A DNA stretch of 59,533 nucleotides, counting the filler, from Catajapyx aquilonaris (Eukaryota): the NCBI GenBank assembly GCA_000934665.2. It is 4 parts of 4 records of this genome, joined end to end, with 100 filler letters (N's around TTAATTAATTAA, not from the genome) between each part and the next. Parts side by side here need not be neighbours in the genome. Positions count along the whole stretch, not along the records: positions 44,684 to 59,533 come from KZ539725.1; 3 more parts are not named here. One strand, written 5' to 3'. This document shows positions 52,029-59,533 of the stretch, one piece after another; position 1 is the stretch's first letter, and the number at the start of each line of letters is the position of its first letter. The position numbers and the translations under genes were made by a program. The notes beneath the pieces are model-generated. The model ran no database searches. It saw only the letters and a list, made by a program, of their open reading frames with translations, and had not been told where the DNA came from.

Positions 52029-52236
52029 TATATGACTCAAATAGCATACCCTGAGGTTCCTGGAGTTGGTTGAGGAGTCGCTGCAGATGGTGATGTAGTC
52101 GACAAACTCCTTGCAGGACTAACCTGGTGTGTCATTGCTGACAAAAGAAATGTTGATAGAGTGATTTGACACTTGAAAAAGTAGGAAGTGACACCATATC
52201 ACAATGGAGCAGAACAGAAAAACACTGGTGAAAAGT

Positions 52237-52908
52237 GAGGGGGTGAAAATCAAAAACCGACAGCTCCGTCATAAACGTAACGGAGAAAAACGAGAAAAAC
52301 CTACAGTTTCGCCGTATGTCAACGTAGACACCTGAATGTAGCGGCTATAGATTCCTTTACTAGCAACTCAACCATTGGTAAGTTATTATGAAATCATCCG
52401 CCATTACCCAAGGAGCTGTGGACCGTCCATTCCGCCACTGGCCGGTTTTTGATTTGCAACAGGCTGGAGTTGGCGCTTTTTGATGCAAAATTGAGCGAGG
52501 GAAACATGAAACACAGGTTTATCAATGTAAATGTTTAAGTTTATTATTCCATGCTTACATACCAATGTTCCATTACATTACGCAAGGTGTTCTGTTAAAT
52601 GCGCATCTCATTCGCATCGTCGTTATCCGTACGAGCTTCGCAGTATGTACTGTCTCCCATAAGTCCCATGTCAGCTTTAGTTTCGTGGGAGCTGGCGGTT
52701 TTTGATCTGTGATTTTCTGCGAGTGGGGATGGAGCTGGCGGTTTTTGTTACGGAGGTCGCTTTTCACCCCTGAATTTGACGGCTTTGTTGTAGGGTTTTA
52801 AATACCATATTCAGGTATTATGTACTCCATGACATGAGGAATGCGTTGCTGGCGCTAACTCACTTTTTTTGGTTTTTGGAGCTGTCGGTTTTTGATTTTC
52901 ACCCCCTC
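52237..52908. mobile_element. Sola2-like non-autonomous element
   Basis: 31-bp perfect TIR GAGGGGGTGAAAATCAAAAACCGACAGCTCC; 4-bp TSD AAGT; internal GGAGCTGGCGGTTTTTG repeats. Confidence 0.75.
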
Positions 52909-52970
52909 AAGTGTTCTTGCATTTATGATCATGGAAATTGTCAAATTATCCATTCTTATCAGCATACTGA

Positions 52971-53535
52971 CAAGGGACATATCTCCAGTGATAATAATGA
53001 ATCTGGATGAACTGAATATGCTAATAAAGGACAATACAGGGTGTTTCAGAGTCAAGGGTCAAGCGCACGCGAGGGGGTGGGGAAAAATCGTAGGTGGCGA
53101 CAACCCGGTCGGTTTTATAAAACAATTAGAAATACGGCAGTAATCATAATGTGGAGAATGGTGACTAAAAATTTTTTGTTCTTCTTTTCATGCTTAGGAA
53201 GGTTTTTGCGACAAAGTCACAGAAGGACAGGGGGAAAAAGTATTTAATTAAAAAGTTATATGCATTTAAATAGTGGTTGGAGCCTCTCAGGCTCCACCTA
53301 GATAGTTAAGGGTTAAACACCAGACCTTTTCTCCTGGCCCTGGGCAGAGTAGGGTGGAGTAGGGAGTGCAATTCTGTCCCGGCATGTCGGGTGAAAAGCG
53401 TAAAAAGACGCGACCAAGCAGAGGTGACAGGGATGGGATTTGAACCCCGGCCTACCGCTAGGCTGGCCAGTGGCGTAACCACCAGACCACCATGCCTCCT
53501 CCAGATCCGTTATTATCACCCTGATATGTCCCTTG
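52971..53535. mobile_element. Tc4/Tc5-type MITE (TGA TSD in CTNAG) containing a mariner-MITE end and a SINE
   Basis: cTGA-CAAGGGACATATC...GATATGTCCCTTG-TGAg. Confidence 0.7.
53270..53500 (-). mobile_element. tRNA-derived SINE nested in a MITE
   Basis: A box TGGTCTGGTGG and B box GGTTCAAATCCC. Confidence 0.55.
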
Positions 53536-54153
53536 TGAGTATGCATTTAAATAAAATAGCATCAGTTGAGTACAAAATATATAGAATGGAATTTTTGTCC
53601 TACTGTTAGTTACTGCTAACTTAGCAGTACCAGTGTTGGCAACGGTACTGCTCAGCTACTAGCAGTAGGATGAAAATTCCACCCATAGTGATCAGGTGCA
53701 ACTTAGAGCACAAACTTGCTTATTGTGTATAATAAGCCAGATAATGCAAATGTGTCCTCCACATAAAATTGCCCTAAATAAATATTTTTGACATGCTGGC
53801 TTTCATTAGCTGGTAGGTACAGACAACTGAGGTCCACCATACACCTTAACACATCACAAACTTGCTTAAGTCCTTCTCTACTGCTCTACACATACAGTCA
53901 GCCCCTGTTATCTGTGGTTTGAAAATACTCGGGAGGCCAAAAATATTATGTACTGGTAAGTTAGAGGCATCCTTCTATAACAAAATGTGATGGTTGGCCT
54001 CGATCATACATGCACATCAGTAGTCAGAAATGAGTAGGACCTAGCTAGAGCATGCCCGGCCTCATTCCTCCAGGAGCATGAACACATGTTGCAAATGTGA
54101 ACGAAGGATAAAGTACAGGGAGTTGTCCACTACAAATGTGCATGTGGCATGTG

Positions 54154-54304
54154 TGGTACTATCAGTCCGCCAAGAATTGTCGCAGCGGCAGCGCACGAAC
54201 TACAGTCTACGAGCACTTCTCCATTGACTTCTCCCCCCGGAAGTGCTCGTAACTGTAGTTCGTGCGCTGCCGCTGTGTCAATTCTTGGTGGACTGATAGT
54301 ACCA
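54154..54304. mobile_element. TA-flanked hairpin MITE
   Basis: ~65-bp near-perfect arms TGGTACTATCAGTCC...GGACTGATAGTACCA. Confidence 0.75.
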
Positions 54305-54666
54305 TCATCCATAAGCAGCTGATGTGACAATGGTGCCAACAATTCCGTGATGGGCATGAATTTGTGAAAAATGAGCAGATCTCTGCACCATTTTTTCTGA
54401 CATTGCATCTAGTCCACACACCTACACCTTGCCTATTGCTTGGTGCCAATATCTCAGTACCAGTACAGGTGGCATACGTTTTATAACACTATGCGTGCAC
54501 CATAGGTTTCAATATTTTATCAAAACTTCTTCATCAATCTTTTGCAAGCTCCTGACCTAACTAACATCAATATTTCTTATACAATGAAACCTGTGTATAG
54601 CAGAACTGCATGGGACCCTAAAATTTTCTGTAATAGACATCCAATATATTTGACACCCTACTCTCA

Positions 54667-55155
54667 CAACCAAAGAACCTCTTCTTACCCTCTTGAATTT
54701 TGAAAATTCTTGGATTTTCTAATTCTGCTTGGCCTATAGTGTTGAGAAAACATCACCTCCACTGCTAATTTCCACGTTAGCAGAGTGAAAGTACAGCCAA
54801 AATCCGATGTTCCGAAGCCACAACACCTGCATCCGGTCGCCTTTCACCGCGTCTGTAGCGCTCTCCGGTGCCGCAAAGGAGAAGAGTCATCTCGCACACT
54901 TTGAAGTCGAAGGCAATTATAATAATGGAGAGAGGACTCTCTGAAAGGCGACCGCGACCGGGCAGCCGGGACCGGCGACTCGCGACCGGATGCAGGTGTT
55001 GTGGCTTCGGAACATCGCCTTTCGGCTGTATTTTCACCCTGCTAAAGCGGAAATTAGCAGTGGAGGTGATGTTTTCTCAACACTATAGGCCAAGCAGAAT
55101 TAGAAAGTCCAAAAATTTTCAAAATTCAGGAGGGTAAGAAGAGTTACTTTGGTTG
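54667..55155. mobile_element. Tc4/Tc5-type foldback MITE (TCA TSD)
   Basis: cTCA-CAACCAAAG...CTTTGGTTG-TCAg; ~175-bp arms. Confidence 0.8.
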
Positions 55156-55174
55156 TCAGTGAATTCTTTACTGA

Positions 55175-56082
55175 CAAGGGAAGGTCACTGGGTGATAATG
55201 ACGGATCTTGATGAAATTGATCATGCTAATACAGGACAATATATGATACCCAAAAATGAAATATTTCGTGCGGAACCCCATATTTGTAAAAGTTATGACG
55301 TAAAGTTCCAAAAATAATACATTTTCATACTCCATGGGATTACATTAGCGACCACATATAATGACATTGAAGTGTGTAATCAGTTTCTAGACCTTGTCTC
55401 ATTCTTTCAGGGAGCATGTGAATCGATATATCGTAACCTAGGCAACATATCGATTCCAGTATCGGCTTGGACGATAACATCATGGCGGCCGATGACGCTC
55501 ATTGCAAACATGTCCAACGTCAGGAATAAATTCCACAGTCCCTGTGCCAGAGAGTTAGGTAAAACCCGGAGTAAATCCCCGAAAAACACGGTCAGGAATA
55601 CACGGAAACTAACTTCGAAATCACGAAATCCAACGATAACCCGCCCGTAAAGTAGACTTGTACGGATAGAGTGAACCCGGAAGACCGGAAGTGGCGGGTA
55701 ACCAGAAGTTGACCATGAAACCTATTTTGGTCACGCTCAATCCGAATATGAAAACCGTTTGTCGCTATCTCTTACGGTTTAGGTCTTGATACCTGTCCAC
55801 AGACGGACGGATGGACGGACGGCCACAGCTGTTCTGTATGACTTTTTTCCGATAAGAAAAGGTCTAGAAACTGATTACACACTTCAATGTCATTATATGT
55901 GGTCGCTAATGTAATCCCATGGAGTATGAAAATGTATTATTTTTGGAACTTTAAGACGCCATAACTTTTGCAAATATGGGGTTCCGCACGAAATATTTCA
56001 TTTTTGCGTATCATATATTGTCCTGTATTAGCATGTTAAATTTCATCAAGATCCGTCATTATCACCCCGTGACCTTTCCTTG
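55175..56082. mobile_element. Tc4/Tc5-type MITE (TGA TSD) with ~220-bp TIRs
   Basis: cTGA-CAAGGGAAGGTCAC...GTGACCTTTCCTTG-TGAg. Confidence 0.85.
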
Positions 56083-56957
56083 TGAGATTTTTTACTGGTG
56101 AGAAAAAGACGGAAAGAGGGATGCAGGCCAGCTAGCAATTATTATGAGTCACAATCTTTGTCCCAAACTAACTGTCTCTCCTTTTTCCAAGGGAAAATAG
56201 TGCTTTTTCTTCACCATCTGCCTTCAACGTCATGGACCCAATTGCAATACCAGTAATTATGAGACAATGGTGTCAGAAAGTTCCACAAAAGGCTGACTCA
56301 TAGAACTAGAGGTTCAACCTGAGCTTCTATTCTCCTGCCAGTGCCTAGCAGGAGATAACGCCAACATTTTGACTTCCATTATGAACAGAGATTTTTTGTG
56401 AAAGAAGATACATCATATCCATACCCACGTTGAGCAAGATCCATTATATCCATCAAAATATTAATTGCACGTTGTATGGCCTAGGCATCGGCCCAATCCC
56501 AGAAATTTTTTGCAATGGACAGGTTTCACCAATACTCAGGGTCTGTTATGGACAGAAAGATCATACAATATTCTGTGAATGGAATAGTTTCACTACAGTC
56601 AATAACATATACTGCAACATCGAAAATATCGGCATAGGTGCCCCCTGATCACGTGATATTGTGGCAGAAAAATGCTTCCTTGTTTAATCTTTCATTAAAG
56701 CATAACTAAAACACCCAGGTTTCACATCATGATATGCTCGACATTTCTGACAATTTCAGATACAATTGCTTGCAAAAGATAACACTTCTTGATTTAACCT
56801 GTTAAGGGATAAGTTTCTTGTTGTGTTTGTGGCTTTTTGTGTCTGTCCAAAATTAGATGTAGGAGGGATATTAATGAATAGCAACTTTGAGCCAAAATTA
56901 ATTATTTTAATTCGTGGTGGTCCTTTTGAATGTAAAATTCTGGAAAAAATTCATGTA

Positions 56958-57116
56958 CAGGGTGTTCCAGAAATAATTTTATAAGAAACGCCTCGCTCTC
57001 AGTACGTCGATACGCCAAGCAAGTTTACAGAGTCACTATATACTGTTATTATGGCTACATAACATTACCACAACATTGTACTATTAGAAACTCCCAAGAC
57101 TTTACGTGACACCCTG
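56958..57116. mobile_element. Short Tc1/mariner MITE remnant
   Basis: TA-CAGGGTGT...ACACCCTG-TA. Confidence 0.55.
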
Positions 57117-57253
57117 TACTCAAGGCGTTTGTTTACATGAAAGATGACGCGGCAGGGGCGGTACCTTGGCATATTCGATGCAGGCTGGCAGGAGAGCAAG
57201 ACGTTCTGCGGTTGCCATGGTAGTTTAGACACCATCCTAGAGGATCCCATTAT

Positions 57254-57754
57254 CCCTCAGACGGTGACATGCGAAATGTTCGCTCTCCGGTGACGTGGGC
57301 ACTTTTTGTGACCCAGCCATATTTTTTGTTCTATCTGGCGAAATATAGCACATTCGGGCTTCACTTTTGAGACAATCATAGTGTGATTCCTTCTATGACA
57401 AATAGCATTTAGTTTACATTTTTTGAGAAAATAGTGCGATCAGAAAAAAATCGGAAAGAAAATCAGTCGGGGTCAACTCCCGGGGGTAGGGAGATTCCAC
57501 CCCTTGGCGGCCTGGGATGCCACCGGGAGCCGCCAGACCGGATCTTGGTCAGGCCCCAACTACGCATTGCCGCATAATTTATTTTTTCCTGGTCGTGCTA
57601 TTTGCTCAACAAATTTAAACTAAACGTCATTCATCACAGAAATAGTCAAACGAAAATGTTCTCAAAGATGAATCCCGAATGTCCTAAATTTGCCAAGTTA
57701 TAGCAAAAAAAAGGGTCGTTGGTCACAAAAAGTGCCCACGTCACCGTCCGAGGG
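57254..57754. mobile_element. piggyBac-like MITE with TTAT TSD
   Basis: TTAT-CCCTCAGACGGTGAC...GTCACCGTCCGAGGG-TTAT; the arms continue as GTGGGCACTTTTTGTGACC. Confidence 0.7.
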
Positions 57755-58035
57755 TTATATCTTGAAAATAACTGTTCTTTATGTAATACCCCCCACTAAT
57801 TTGGATTTGTTTCACCTGGTATATGATTGTTCTTTTGTGCATGCAGCAAGGAAATACTTATCTACATTTCCAAAGCCCTACCTGATCGGTTCTACACTGT
57901 ATTAACAGCTAATATCTTCCTCTCTACGCAACAGACCTGTACTTCTTCCTTTGTGTAATAACTAAATCCCTGAAGTTCTCTGACATTATTTTGTGGGACA
58001 ACCCCCCCCCNCCCCCCCCCCCCCCACCCCAAAAA

Positions 58036-58090
<55 letters not shown>

Positions 58091-58391
58091 AAATGATGTA
58101 TATGTTAGGCTCCAACCGAAACCGGCCATTGGGCCATTCTGCAGAATAGACGTTGTAATGAAACTGCCAGACGCCGAAATGCTCTTTTTAAAGAGGCCAG
58201 AACGTTTTCATGAGCTAAACTTAAACGTCAGGACGCCAATTTCATGTCGGGATGGCTGGTTTAGAAGACACCCATAACTCAATGCGGCAGTTTCCTGTTT
58301 CCCACTATGCCACGTAGATGCTGGACATAAATTACCCTATTGTTGTTTGGCAAATGGTTGAAATACTTAACATTTGATGATGCTGTTTATT

Positions 58392-58510
58392 TTCCAGGAA
58401 CTATTACCTCCAAATATTTATTACCATTATTACTAGTACATCTTCCAGACACTGTTACCTCCAAATATTTATTACTATTATTGCTAGTACATCTTCTTCC
58501 AGGAACTGTT
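58392..58510. repeat. 51-bp tandem repeat, ~2.3 copies
   Basis: Unit TTCCAGGAACTATTACCTCCAAATATTTATTACCATTATTACTAGTACATC. Confidence 0.8.
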
Positions 58511-59312
58511 ATCCTTCAATTATTAGTCTATTTGTTCTTGCAGGCACTGTTCAAATGACACTTACATAGGAAGACTGTGACTTGCCACTAACGGATTTGG
58601 ACAAAAATCGCTCAGTGGGCAAATCGCATGCGTAGAATTCATTGGTGAACGTAAAAACCCACACTTCGCAGCCTTTTTCGAGGTATGAGTGACGTCAGAT
58701 CCGGCGCGCTCAAAATACTGCATCCTCTTGATCCCTTTTTAGACTTTTTATCATCATCGAAAAAAAAGTCGTTTAGAACGGCTGTCTGTCTGTCTGTTGA
58801 CAGGTGCCAGGGCCTCAACCGCAGCAGATAACGGCAAGCGCAGCTTTCCATCACTTTATGTAGTTCTGTATATGCAGGGGAAGGTATCATCATTCCGTGC
58901 CTCTTCAGGTAATTTGTGCCAGTGTTTAACGGAGTCCGTAAGGCGCCCATACTCGACGAGAAAAACATCCTATACGGTATATAAAGGGATCCAGTACATA
59001 CTTCTCATTTCTTGTGTTTATTATAACTAACTTATTAATTAGACTAAAGCATGTGCCACATGACATTGAATTGCAGTATGTGCAGCCAAAAATAAAACCA
59101 TGTTAATAACTTGACTAGAAAAAGGCGGGAGGGAGAAGGGGACAAAACAAGATTGGCAAATCACGTGAGTGTGATTAGAATATACTTTTTCTCATTCTTT
59201 CAAGTATGAAACTTATGGGTAATTTTTCCCCAAAGAAAGTAACATTGACGATGAAGTAGTCTAATTCAAGTTTAATGCTGTAGTACTAAATTTCCAAATT
59301 GTTATAAAAGTG

Positions 59313-59533
59313 GCAAGTTAGATAATGTTTGTGAAAAGAGGGGTATGAGGATTAACGTAGATAAGACTAAGGTGTTGGTATTTGAGATGGGTCAGCAGGT
59401 TTCTCCTTGTACGTTGCAGGTACGAGGAAAACTGGATGAGCAGGTCAGCCAGTTTGTATACCTGGGTAGTGTCCTTGAGAGTAATGGTAGAATTGATGGG
59501 GAAATAGACAGGAGAGTTAGTTCTGGGTTGAAA
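59313..59533 (+). mobile_element. RTE-clade LINE RT fragment running off the window
   Basis: GMRINVDKTKVLVF...VSQFVYLGSVLESNGRIDGEIDRRV. Confidence 0.8.

Noticed and set aside
51491..52047. Paired similar ORFs on opposite strands (also 38826/39237 and 24678/24994)
   Set aside because: These are mirror translations of inverted repeats, not gene duplicates.

Overview
Eukaryotic, intron-containing DNA, most likely from an arthropod (insect-type SINEs and TEs). It is not one locus. Four contigs of near-identical length (1-14796, 14897-29690, 29791-44583, 44684-59533) are joined by artificial 100-bp N44-TTAATTAATTAA-N44 linkers, so adjacency across linkers means nothing biologically. Contig 1 holds decayed coding remnants, almost all on the minus strand: a phenuivirus (Phlebo/Tenui-type) nucleocapsid endogenous viral element, a long glycoprotein-like remnant, a Helitron helicase fragment and trypsin-like protease remnants. 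Contig 2 holds an apparently chimeric spliced gene (RGG-rich segment, R3HCC1-type C-terminal motif, NXF1/TAP-type RRM), a decayed RTE-X-like LINE, and the 3' exons of an unidentified gene hit by a MITE. Contig 3 holds an intact 5-exon RBM12-like gene (952 aa) and a small repeat-hairpin-repeat array. Contigs 2-4 are packed with TIR/foldback elements whose termini and TSDs point to Tc1/mariner, Tc4/Tc5-type, MULE, hAT, Sola2, Zator/PIF and piggyBac classes. All homology calls come from motif recognition by eye, not database searches.
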